64,000 nt of DNA, from positions 1,728,001 to 1,792,000 of the forward strand of contig JAXHLW010000013.1 of NCBI GenBank assembly GCA_034521815.1, read 5' to 3'. Positions within the stretch are counted from its first letter, which is position 1. Every line of letters begins with the position of its first letter. The DNA comes from Trueperaceae bacterium. Lineage in GTDB: Bacteria; Deinococcota; Deinococci; Deinococcales; Trueperaceae. Made by a program: the position numbers and the translations under genes. Shown here in pieces: positions 53,274-61,629 of the stretch. Below the pieces are notes generated by a model. The model ran no database searches and was not told where the DNA came from. It saw only the letters and a list, made by a program, of their open reading frames with translations.

Positions 53274-53641
53274 CGCAGCGGATCGCCGGGCAGCCGCAGC
53301 GCGATCCCCTGCTCGGCCAGGATCGTCCCCAGCAGTCGGCCTGCGCCCGACGGGGTGGCGACGAGAATCCCGTCGGCGTGCACACGGGCCGGAATCGCCG
53401 CCGCGCCCGCGGCCACGGCGGCGCGATCGGCGTCGTCGACGTCGGGCTGGAAGACCAGCACGCGAACCTCCAGGCCGACGGGTAGCGCGTCGCCGGACAG
53501 GACCAGCATGCCGTCCTCGACGCGGCCGGTGGCGTGGATCTCGAGCAGGTCGGGCGACACGAGTCGCACCTCGGCGCCCGGCGCCAGGATCGGGAACGTG
53601 GCGGCCTGCGCCATCAGGAGCCAGGGCAACAGCCAATGCAC
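53270..53641 (-). CDS. Small hypothetical, probably exported protein at the head of the two-component operon
   Basis: GTG 6 nt after TACGAT (53648-53653); hydrophobic N-terminus ending AQAA; stop overlaps the regulator ATG (ATGA). Confidence 0.6.
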   Translation of the reverse strand: MHWLLPWLLMAQAATFPILAPGAEVRLVSPDLLEIHATGRVEDGMLVLSGDALPVGLEVRVLVFQPDVDDADRAAVAAGAAAIPARVHADGILVATPSGAGRLLGTILAEQGIALRLPGDPLR

Positions 53642-53843
53642 GTTCGAATCGTAGCAAGCGGGCAAGGGCGGCGCGCGCAGCGGCGATGAAGAGCCGTTCA
53701 CGTCGGCCACGGCCAGGCGCCCGACCGTAGTGAACCAATCGACGCCCGCGGGGCGGGCGCTCGTGCATGATGTGAGCAGCAATCTTCCCGCCGTGGCTCG
53801 CATGCCGCGCGGTCGCGCGGTCCGCGTATCGAGGAGTCGTCGT

Positions 53844-55481
53844 ATGCACGAGTACGTCCGTAGGCAGCCCAGGTGGTCGGTCCTTGCCGTCGTTCTGGCG
53901 GCGCTTCTCGCGTGGGCGCCCAGCGCGGGCGCGCAAGGATTCGACGCCGATCGCTACTTGGCGCAATGCCTCCGCTTCGAGGCGGGCGGCGACTACACCT
54001 CGGCGCGAGAGGCGTGCCGCAACGCGCTTCAGATCGACGAGGACCGAGCCGACATCCAGCTGGCGCTGGCCCGCATCGACGTCGAGCTCGGGGCGTTCGC
54101 CAGCGCCGAGTCGCGTCTGATGCGCCTGGTCCGCGACGACGGCGGTGCAGAGGCCTCGCTGCTGCTGGCTCGGATCGCGTTGGAGGAAGGCCGGCTGCTG
54201 GACGCCGAGGGGCACCTCGAGCAGGCCCGCGTCGACCTCGAGGGGGCGCCGGACCGCACGCTCGCGGCACGCTACGACTACCTGCACGGTCGCGTGCTCG
54301 AAGCCCGCGGCCAGGTCCGCGACGCGCTCGACGCCTACGGCGAGGCCGTGTCGAGCGACGGGCTCGAGGTCGAGTACCGCCTGGCCGACGCCCGCTTGCG
54401 CTTCCTGCTGGGCGACGCCGCCGGGGCTCGGGCTCAGCTCGAGGCGTACCAGGCGCTGTCGGGCGACAGTCGCGACCCGCGCGTGCGATCGCTTCTCGGT
54501 CGCGTCATGTGGGCGCAGGGCAACCTCGTCGAGGCCGGCGGCCAGCTCGAGACCGCCCTGGCGCTGTGGAGCAACCTGGACGTCGCCGAACAGGCGTCCG
54601 ACCTGCGGACCTTGGGGTTCGTCTACCTCGGCCGCGGCGAGCTGGGGCGGGGCACGTTGGCGCTGCGCGAGGCCGGACGGCGCGGCAACCAAAGCGACCT
54701 GTTGAACGGGAACGTGCTTCTGTGGCTGCTGCTGGCCCTCGCGCTGCTGGTCGTGCACCTGCTGGGCGAGAGCCGGATCGAGAGTCGAAGCACGCTCGAG
54801 GTGGTCGAGGGGCCGCAGCCGTGGACGGTCGGCGACGCGTACGGAATCGTGCTCCTCTCGGTCGCGGTGGCCGCCGTCACGGGGCTCACGATGGGCGTGC
54901 TGATGTACGACAACCTGCTGGCGGTCGTGACGCCGCACCAAGCGACCGAGACGCGGGCGGTGATGGCGGCGGTGTTCGCCCTCGTCGCGCTGCTTCTCAC
55001 GGGGCGCTCCGTCCGGCGGCACGGCTGGCAGACCGGCCCGCGGCTGTTGGGTCAGGTGGACACCTGGGCGGCCGGCGTCGGCGTCGGGCTGGGGCTTCTC
55101 GCGGTCACGCTGGCGTACCTCTCGCTCCGTCCCGACGCGGCGTCGTTCTCGGGCCTGTGGCTGAACGTGTCGCGCCTCAGCCCGGCGGTGTTGGCCGCCG
55201 TCGTGGTGCTGCCGCTGGCCGAGCTGACGTTCCGCCCGTACGCCTTCGACGCGCTCGAGTACCGCTACGACAGCAGCACCGCGCTGTTCCTCTCCGCCGC
55301 GCTGTCCACGCTGGTGCTGGCCACGCCGGTGCTGCTGCTGCTTCCGTTCGGTCTGCTGATGGCCGAGCTGTACCGCCGTACGCGCAGCGGAACGATGCTC
55401 CTGTCGGCGCAGCTGACGTTGCACGTGGGCCTGGTCGTCGCGGTGCTGGTCAGTCCATGGGCTCGCGCGCTGTTCCTCTGA
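53844..55481 (+). CDS. Signal peptide + TPR repeats + multi-TM CPBP/Abi (CAAX-protease-like) domain with degenerate catalytic motifs
   Basis: GAGGAG RBS; AGA|QG signal cleavage-like site; TPR-like helical repeats (e.g. YDYLHGRVLEARGQVRDALDAYGEAV); C-terminal TM bundle with PLAELTFR. Confidence 0.7.
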   Translation: MHEYVRRQPRWSVLAVVLAALLAWAPSAGAQGFDADRYLAQCLRFEAGGDYTSAREACRNALQIDEDRADIQLALARIDVELGAFASAESRLMRLVRDDGGAEASLLLARIALEEGRLLDAEGHLEQARVDLEGAPDRTLAARYDYLHGRVLEARGQVRDALDAYGEAVSSDGLEVEYRLADARLRFLLGDAAGARAQLEAYQALSGDSRDPRVRSLLGRVMWAQGNLVEAGGQLETALALWSNLDVAEQASDLRTLGFVYLGRGELGRGTLALREAGRRGNQSDLLNGNVLLWLLLALALLVVHLLGESRIESRSTLEVVEGPQPWTVGDAYGIVLLSVAVAAVTGLTMGVLMYDNLLAVVTPHQATETRAVMAAVFALVALLLTGRSVRRHGWQTGPRLLGQVDTWAAGVGVGLGLLAVTLAYLSLRPDAASFSGLWLNVSRLSPAVLAAVVVLPLAELTFRPYAFDALEYRYDSSTALFLSAALSTLVLATPVLLLLPFGLLMAELYRRTRSGTMLLSAQLTLHVGLVVAVLVSPWARALFL

Positions 55482-55495
55482 CGCTCTACCGGTCC

Positions 55496-55897
55496 GTGAA
55501 CGCCGCGTACACGCTCCTCGACGGGCCGCTGACGGCGCTGGTCCGCGACACGTCCGACACGCTGACGCCGCTGACGGCCTCCGAGCCGAGTCCTGGGCCG
55601 AGGTCTGGGCCGAGGTCTGGGCCGCCGGAGCGCGCACTGCTAGCGTTCTCGACGGAGGCCGCCGCCACCGCTCACCTGGACGCGCTGCCACGCGAGGTCG
55701 CGTCGTCGTACCGAGCGTGGACGGCGGACGCGGGTGACTGGCGCGCCAAAGAGGAGCTGTTGCGCGCGGGAGCCTCGCTGGGAGCGCAGCGACTGGACCT
55801 CGATCCGGACATGCGCTTGCAGCCCGCCGCACAGCTTCCCTTGGAGCGAGCCATCGCCTACGTCATCTCGTACAAGCGGAATCGCGCTTGCCTCTGA
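55496..55897 (+). CDS. Hypothetical protein
   Basis: Protein-like 133-aa ORF filling the gap after the TPR gene; contains a (GPRS)x2-3 tandem repeat. Confidence 0.55.
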   Translation: MNAAYTLLDGPLTALVRDTSDTLTPLTASEPSPGPRSGPRSGPPERALLAFSTEAAATAHLDALPREVASSYRAWTADAGDWRAKEELLRAGASLGAQRLDLDPDMRLQPAAQLPLERAIAYVISYKRNRACL

Positions 55898-55937
55898 GCC
55901 CCTCCGACCTGCTACTGTGAAAGACGACGCCACCGCG

Positions 55938-55969
55938 CTGACGCTCCACTGACGCACGGTGGGCACGCT
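55938..55969 (+). promoter_or_regulatory. Candidate Pho-box-like 11-bp direct repeat plus -10-like box for ugpB
   Basis: CTGACGC at 55938 and 55949; CACGCT at 55964; same geometry as upstream of phnD. Confidence 0.45.
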
Positions 55970-56029
55970 AGGTAAGGCGCTCCGGGGACGCCCCGGACGT
56001 CCAGGGCACGCATGCCCGAAGGAGGCTTC

Positions 56030-57331
56030 ATGAAACGGATTTTCGTCATTCTCGCCGCCGCTCTTCTGACCGTCGCCACGGCTCAGACGACGGTCGAATT
56101 CTGGTACGGGTTCAGCGACGCGGCCCGCTCCGGCTGGATCAACGACCGCATCGCCGAGTTCAACGTGCAGCTCGAAGCCGAGGGCCTCGACTACGAGGTG
56201 ACCGGCGAGCGCAAGGGCACGTACCGCGAGACGCTGCAGGCCGCCGTGCTGGCCGCCCGCCAGGGCAACCCGCCGCACCTGGTGCAGCTGTTCGAGGTGG
56301 GCAGCCAGCTGGCCACCGACTCGGGCATCTTCAAGCCGATCGCCGAGGTGGGCGGCCTGGACACCAGCGCCTACATCGAGCCGGTGATCAACTACTACAC
56401 GATCGACGGCACCGTGAACTCGATCCCGTTCAACAGCTCCAGCCCGATCCTGTACGCCAACCAGCAGCTGATGGACGAGGCCGGCCTCGACTCCGGGACG
56501 CTGCCGGGGACGTTCGGCGAGCTCCTGGACGCCTGCGAAGCGATCGAAAGCTCGAGCGTCGAAGCGAACTGCATCACCTTCCCGCTGCACTCCTGGATGT
56601 TCGAGCAGTGGGTCGCCGAGCAGGGCGCTCCGCTGGTGAACAACGGCAACGGCCGTGACGGCCGCGCCACCGAGGTCCTCCTGGACAGCGAAGCCTCGCT
56701 CCGCGTCGGTCAGTTCATGGCCGATCTCGCCGAGGGCGGCTACTACAGCTACACCGGCACGCTCGAGGACTGGAGCGGCTCCGAGGCGATCTTCGCCGGC
56801 CAGCAAGCGGTGTTCTTCATCACCTCGACCGCCGACGCCGGGAACATCACCCGCGCCGCGTCCGACAACGGCTTCGACGTCAAGACCGGTCTGCTCCCGA
56901 TCCCCGACGGGGTCGAGCGCAACGGCGTGGTCATCGGCGGCGCCAGCGTCTGGCTGACCGACGGACACCCCCAGGAAGAGCTCGAGGTCGCCCGCGACTT
57001 CGCGCTGTTCATGACCAACCCCGAGAACATGGTCAGCTGGCACAAGCTGACGGGCTACTACCCCGTGGTGAACGAGTCGGTCGAGCTTCTCGAGTCCGAA
57101 GGCTGGTTCGAAGAGAACCCCAACTTCGCCGTCGCGTTCGACCAGCTGCTCGACACCATCCCCAACCAGGCGACGGCCGGCGCGCTGCTCGGGACGTTCC
57201 TCGAGACCCGCACCATCATCGGCGAAGCGCTGCAGCGGATCTACAACGGCAGCGCCAGCGTCGAGGACGCCATGACGCAGGCCAAGGAAGAGGCCGACGC
57301 GCGCCTCGACGAGTACAACGCCAACTTCTGA
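56030..57331 (+). CDS. ugpB: sn-glycerol-3-phosphate-type ABC transporter substrate-binding protein
   Basis: Signal peptide; GNPPHLVQLFEVG, PFNSSSPILYAN, IGGASVW, WHKLTGYYP resemble UgpB; GGAGG RBS. Confidence 0.85.
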   Translation: MKRIFVILAAALLTVATAQTTVEFWYGFSDAARSGWINDRIAEFNVQLEAEGLDYEVTGERKGTYRETLQAAVLAARQGNPPHLVQLFEVGSQLATDSGIFKPIAEVGGLDTSAYIEPVINYYTIDGTVNSIPFNSSSPILYANQQLMDEAGLDSGTLPGTFGELLDACEAIESSSVEANCITFPLHSWMFEQWVAEQGAPLVNNGNGRDGRATEVLLDSEASLRVGQFMADLAEGGYYSYTGTLEDWSGSEAIFAGQQAVFFITSTADAGNITRAASDNGFDVKTGLLPIPDGVERNGVVIGGASVWLTDGHPQEELEVARDFALFMTNPENMVSWHKLTGYYPVVNESVELLESEGWFEENPNFAVAFDQLLDTIPNQATAGALLGTFLETRTIIGEALQRIYNGSASVEDAMTQAKEEADARLDEYNANF

Positions 57332-57379
57332 TCCCAACGCGTCGCGGCGACGTCGCGACGCACGCATGACCGCATGAAT

Positions 57380-57410
57380 GGAGGCGGGCCGACCACGGCC
57401 CGCCTCCTCT
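57380..57410 (+). terminator. Hairpin (terminator or mRNA stabiliser) after ugpB
   Basis: 12-bp stem GGAGGCGGGCCG/CGGCCCGCCTCC with ACCA loop. Confidence 0.6.
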
Positions 57411-57432
57411 CGTGACGGGGTAGGCTTTCGGC

Positions 57433-58362
57433 ATGAAGGACAATGCCGTGTTCACCAGCCGGGTGCTGCCGTGGTTGCTGCTCCTTCCGTCGTTCATCAT
57501 CCTGCTGGGGTTCATCTACTACCCGGCGATCCAGGCGTGGGTGCTGTCGCTGCACCGGTCGAACCTGTTCCTGGGCACGCGGCAGTTCATCGGCTTCGAC
57601 AACTTCCGGCTGATGTTCACCGGGCCGCTGGCGGACAAGTACATCCAGGTCGTCGTCCAGACGTTCGTGTACGGGGCGCTGGTGGTCCTCATCGGACTGT
57701 CGATCTCGATCGTGCTGGCCACGCTGGCCAGCAGCCCGATCCGCGGCGCGCGCGTCTACCGGCTGCTGCTGATCTGGCCGTTCGCGCTGTCGCCGGCCGT
57801 CGCCGGCACGATCTTCCTGTTCATGTTCAACCCCGACGTCGGCAGCGTGAACGAGGTTCTGAACGACCTGTTCGGGATCCGACCACGCTGGCTGGACACG
57901 CCGACGCTGGCGTTCTCGCTGGTGGTGATCGCGTCGGTCTGGAAGAACCTCGGCTACAACATCGTCTTCTACTTAGCAGCGCTTCAGAACGTGCCCAAGG
58001 AGCTGAACGAGGCCGCCGCGATCGACGGCGCCACGCCGATCCAGCGCTTCTTCCGGATCACCGTGCCGATGCTGTCGCCGATGACCTTCTTCCTGCTGTT
58101 CACGAACCTGACGTTCGCGTTCTTCGAGTCGTTCGGCCTGATCGACATCGTGACCAAGGGCGGTCCGGTGGGGCCATCGCCGGTCGACGCCGCCGGGATC
58201 ACCACCACGATGATCTACCAGGTGACGATCGACGGCTTCGGCGGCAGCGGCAACACCGGCCTCGCCGCGGCGCTGGGCAACATCATCTTGCTGTTCACCG
58301 CGATCATCACCGTCCTCCAGTTCCGCTACGGCAGCCGCCGCGTGCAGTACGGAGCGAACTGA
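57433..58362 (+). CDS. ugpA: Glycerol-3-phosphate-type ABC transporter permease
   Basis: LLIWPFALSPAVA, ASVWKNLGYN, EAAAIDGA loop; leaderless TAGGCT 6 nt upstream. Confidence 0.87.
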   Translation: MKDNAVFTSRVLPWLLLLPSFIILLGFIYYPAIQAWVLSLHRSNLFLGTRQFIGFDNFRLMFTGPLADKYIQVVVQTFVYGALVVLIGLSISIVLATLASSPIRGARVYRLLLIWPFALSPAVAGTIFLFMFNPDVGSVNEVLNDLFGIRPRWLDTPTLAFSLVVIASVWKNLGYNIVFYLAALQNVPKELNEAAAIDGATPIQRFFRITVPMLSPMTFFLLFTNLTFAFFESFGLIDIVTKGGPVGPSPVDAAGITTTMIYQVTIDGFGGSGNTGLAAALGNIILLFTAIITVLQFRYGSRRVQYGAN

Positions 58363-59255
58363 TGCTGCACCGCAGAGCCTGGATCCTGCACCTGATTCTG
58401 ATCATCGCCAGCCTGATCGTGGCGTTCCCGATCCTGTTCGCGCTGATCAAGGCCACCCAGATCCGCAGCCAGGTGCTCTCGCCCAGCCTGATCCCGGGCA
58501 CCGCGTTCTTCGACAACGTGCGGAGCGTGTTCCTGAACGCGAACCTGCTGGTGTTCATGCGGAACTCGCTGATCGTCGCGGCGGCGGTGACCGTCGGAAA
58601 GACCACGCTGTCGTTGATGGCCGGGATGGCGCTGGTGTTCTTCCGCTTCCCGTTCAAGCGGGTGATCTTCGGCCTGATCCTGCTGACCCTGATGATCCCG
58701 GTCGAGGTGCTGATCGTGCCGCTGTTCGACGTGATCAGCCTGCAGCCGCCGCAGACCTGGGCGGACTTCTCCGAATGGATCAGCAGACCCGACCGGATGA
58801 TCTTTCAGCCCGCCCAGTACGGCTACGGCTGGGCGAACACCTACTGGGCCCTGATCGTGCCGTTCCTGGCCTCGGCCACGGGCACGTTCCTGTTCCGCCA
58901 GCACTTCATGTCGATCCCCACCAGCCTGGCCGACGCCGCCCGCATCGACGGCGCCACGCCGTTCCAGTTCCTGCAGAAGGTGCTGGTGCCGATGAGCTGG
59001 AACACCATCGGCGCGCTGGCCGTGATCGAGTTCGTGTACGTCTGGAACCAGTACCTGTGGCCCAAGGTGATCATTCGCCGCGAGGAGCTGCAGGTGGTCC
59101 AGGTCGGGCTGAACCTGATCATCGGGACCGGCGAGGGGGTCGAGTGGGGCTACGTCATGGCGGGCGCCACGCTGAGCCTGGTGCCGCCGCTGCTGGTGTT
59201 CATGCTGCTGCAGGAGCAGTTCATGCGGGGCTTCGCGCTGTCCGAGTCGAAGTAG
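58362..59255 (+). CDS. ugpE: Glycerol-3-phosphate-type ABC transporter permease
   Basis: FRFP, TLMIPVEV, ASATGTFLFRQHF, DAARIDGA, WNQYLWP, C-terminal ESK. Confidence 0.87.
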   Translation: MLHRRAWILHLILIIASLIVAFPILFALIKATQIRSQVLSPSLIPGTAFFDNVRSVFLNANLLVFMRNSLIVAAAVTVGKTTLSLMAGMALVFFRFPFKRVIFGLILLTLMIPVEVLIVPLFDVISLQPPQTWADFSEWISRPDRMIFQPAQYGYGWANTYWALIVPFLASATGTFLFRQHFMSIPTSLADAARIDGATPFQFLQKVLVPMSWNTIGALAVIEFVYVWNQYLWPKVIIRREELQVVQVGLNLIIGTGEGVEWGYVMAGATLSLVPPLLVFMLLQEQFMRGFALSESK

Positions 59256-59289
59256 GGCCGTCGCCGGCGCGCGGCTCCGGCCCGTGGCG

Positions 59290-61521
59290 CTAGGTCGCCG
59301 TGGCGCGCAGCCACGCCCACGCGACGCGCCAAGGTACGTCCCGCTCCTGCAGCGCCGACCGGAAGCGGCGCTCGACGTCCGCCACGTCGGTCGCGTCGAC
59401 ACCCGCCGCTTCCAGTCGCGACCGGAACGGCGCATCGGGGCCGAACCAGCCGTCCAGAGCGCGCGACGGGAACCGTCGCACCTCGTCCACCTCGACGGTC
59501 TCGGCGTGCGTCACCGTGAACCCGGCCGCCTCCAAGCGTTCGGTGCCGGACCGGACGTCGTACCGGAAGCGGGCCTCGGCCGCCTGGCGGTAGGCGTCCT
59601 CCTCGGCGTTCCGGACGGCGTCGGCCACCTCCGGGGACAGGCCGGCGAGGTCCACGGCCTGATGGAGACGGGTGCCCGCGCTCGGGAGCGCGTCGCCGAA
59701 CACCGCGCGTCCGCCCGGCGCCAGCAGGCTCCGGAGCTCCTCGAGGGCCTGGGGCGCCTCGTCGTCCGCCAGCACGCGCACCGCGAGGATCCGGTCGAAG
59801 GTGCCTTCGGCCTGCGCCGAGTCGGAACGCTGGGCAGCGACCCGGCGAATCTCGGCAGGTGCCGACGCCAGGTCGGCGATGAGCACCACCGGCCGCTCCA
59901 GCTCGGGCAGCGTCGCGGTCTGGCCACGGATCGTCTGGGCCGAGCGCTCGTCCTGCGCGACCGCCCAGGTCTCCCCCTCCGGCGCGCGCCTGAGCGCCTC
60001 GAACGTCGTCCAGCCCGATCCGCCCGTCAGGTCCAGCACGCGGTGGTGCCGCGCCACCTCCAGCCGCTCGAACGCCGCGTCGCGGAGCGCCGCCATCCGC
60101 TCGCCACGGCCCGACAGCGTCCGCGCGGCCCAGCGATCGCGGGCGGCGTCGCCAGGACTCCACGACAGGATCTCGGGCGGCGCCTGCGCGTCCTCGTCCA
60201 GCATCGCGGCGAGCTGCGCCTCACGCCGGCGTGCCACCGCCGTGCGGATCTCGGCCTCGGCCCCCTGGTCGCTGGGCTGGTAGAACAGCCGCCCCTGCAG
60301 CGCGTCGGGGAGGTACTGCTGCGCCACCCAATGGTCGCGGTAGGCGTGCGGGTACAGGTAGCCCTGCCCGTGGCCGAACCCCTCCGCGTCGCGGCTGGCG
60401 TCCTTCAGGTGACTGGGCACCTCGCCCCTGCCCTCGCGCTGCACCGCGGCCAGCGCGTCGAAGAACGCCATCGTGCTGTTCGACTTCGGCGCGGTGGCCA
60501 GGTAGAGCGTGGCCTGGGCCAGGTGGTAGCGGCCTTCGGGCATGCCGACCGCCTCGAACGCCTGCGCCGCCGCCTCGGTGTGCACCAGGGCCTGCGGATC
60601 GGCCAGACCGATGTCCTCCGACGCCAGGATCCGGAGCCTGCGCAGCACGAAACGGGGATCCTCGCCGGCGTGCACCATCTTGGCCAGCCAGTACAGCGCC
60701 GCGTCGGGATCGGAGCCGCGCACGCTCTTGATGAACGCGCTGATCACGTCGAAGTGCGCGTCGCCCTCCTTGTCGTACAGCACGGCGCGCCGCTGGATCG
60801 ACTCCTCGGCCGTGGGCCGGTCGATCCGAACCGTTCCCGAGGCGTCCGGCTCCGTCGTCACCACCGCGAGCTCCAGCGCGTTCAGCAGCGAGCGCGCGTC
60901 GCCGTTCGCGATGTTCACCAGGTGGTCCAGCGCGTCGTCGTCCAGGGCGACGTCCAAGCGGCCGAATCCCCGCTCGGCATCGGTCAGCGCGGCGTGGGCG
61001 ACGCGCCGTAGATCGTCCTCGTTCAGCGGCACGAGCTGGAACACGCGGCTGCGCGACACCAGCGCGGGATTCACCTCGAAGTACGGGTTCTCCGTCGTCG
61101 CGCCGATGAACGTCACCGTTCCCGCCTCGACCGAGGGAAGCAGCGCGTCCTGCTGCGCCTTGTTGAAGCGGTGCACCTCGTCGATGAACAGCAGCGTGCG
61201 CCGCCCGACCCGTTGCCGGTCGGCGGCGGCCGCGACCTGCTCGCGAATGTCCTTGACGCCGGAAAGAACCGCGTTCAGCGCGACGAACTCCGCCTTCGTA
61301 GAGCCGGCGACGACGCGGGCCAGCGTCGTCTTGCCGGTGCCGGGCGGGCCGTGGAAGATCACGCTGGACAGCCGGTCGGCGACGATCGCGCGCCGCAGCA
61401 GCCGGCCCGGCCCCAGCACGTGCTCCTGACCGACGAACTCGTCGATCGTGCGCGGACGCATCCGGGCGGCGAGGGGCTCGTCGGCGGTCGCGAACAGGCT
61501 CGCCTGCGGCGTGGTGGCCAT
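59290..61521 (-). CDS. rarA: Replication-associated recombination protein RarA/MgsA fused to a C-terminal SAM-methyltransferase-like domain
   Basis: PLAARMRP, GPPGTGKTT, IDEVHRFNKAQQDALL, GATTENPYF, ISAFIKSVRGSDPDAALYWL, EDIGLAD, YLYPH; extra ~280 aa with VLDLTGGSG and LAPGGR. Confidence 0.92.
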   Translation of the reverse strand: MATTPQASLFATADEPLAARMRPRTIDEFVGQEHVLGPGRLLRRAIVADRLSSVIFHGPPGTGKTTLARVVAGSTKAEFVALNAVLSGVKDIREQVAAAADRQRVGRRTLLFIDEVHRFNKAQQDALLPSVEAGTVTFIGATTENPYFEVNPALVSRSRVFQLVPLNEDDLRRVAHAALTDAERGFGRLDVALDDDALDHLVNIANGDARSLLNALELAVVTTEPDASGTVRIDRPTAEESIQRRAVLYDKEGDAHFDVISAFIKSVRGSDPDAALYWLAKMVHAGEDPRFVLRRLRILASEDIGLADPQALVHTEAAAQAFEAVGMPEGRYHLAQATLYLATAPKSNSTMAFFDALAAVQREGRGEVPSHLKDASRDAEGFGHGQGYLYPHAYRDHWVAQQYLPDALQGRLFYQPSDQGAEAEIRTAVARRREAQLAAMLDEDAQAPPEILSWSPGDAARDRWAARTLSGRGERMAALRDAAFERLEVARHHRVLDLTGGSGWTTFEALRRAPEGETWAVAQDERSAQTIRGQTATLPELERPVVLIADLASAPAEIRRVAAQRSDSAQAEGTFDRILAVRVLADDEAPQALEELRSLLAPGGRAVFGDALPSAGTRLHQAVDLAGLSPEVADAVRNAEEDAYRQAAEARFRYDVRSGTERLEAAGFTVTHAETVEVDEVRRFPSRALDGWFGPDAPFRSRLEAAGVDATDVADVERRFRSALQERDVPWRVAWAWLRATAT

Positions 61522-61585
61522 TCGGCCCATGCTAGCAGCGGCTCGCACGCCGCTGGGGCGCGCAGCGTTCGTGGCGACCGCGCCC

Positions 61586-61629
61586 TGCGACGTCGGTGCG
61601 ATGTCGGTGCGATGTCGGTGCGATGTCGG
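61586..61629. repeat. Four tandem 11-bp repeats TGCGA(C/T)GTCGG upstream of rarA
   Basis: Units at 61586, 61597, 61608 and 61619; three are identical. Confidence 0.85.

Noticed and set aside
52575-55832. 1085-aa minus-strand ORF ending in the response regulator
   Set aside because: The upstream part is the antisense shadow of the TPR-CPBP gene; the regulator starts at 53273.
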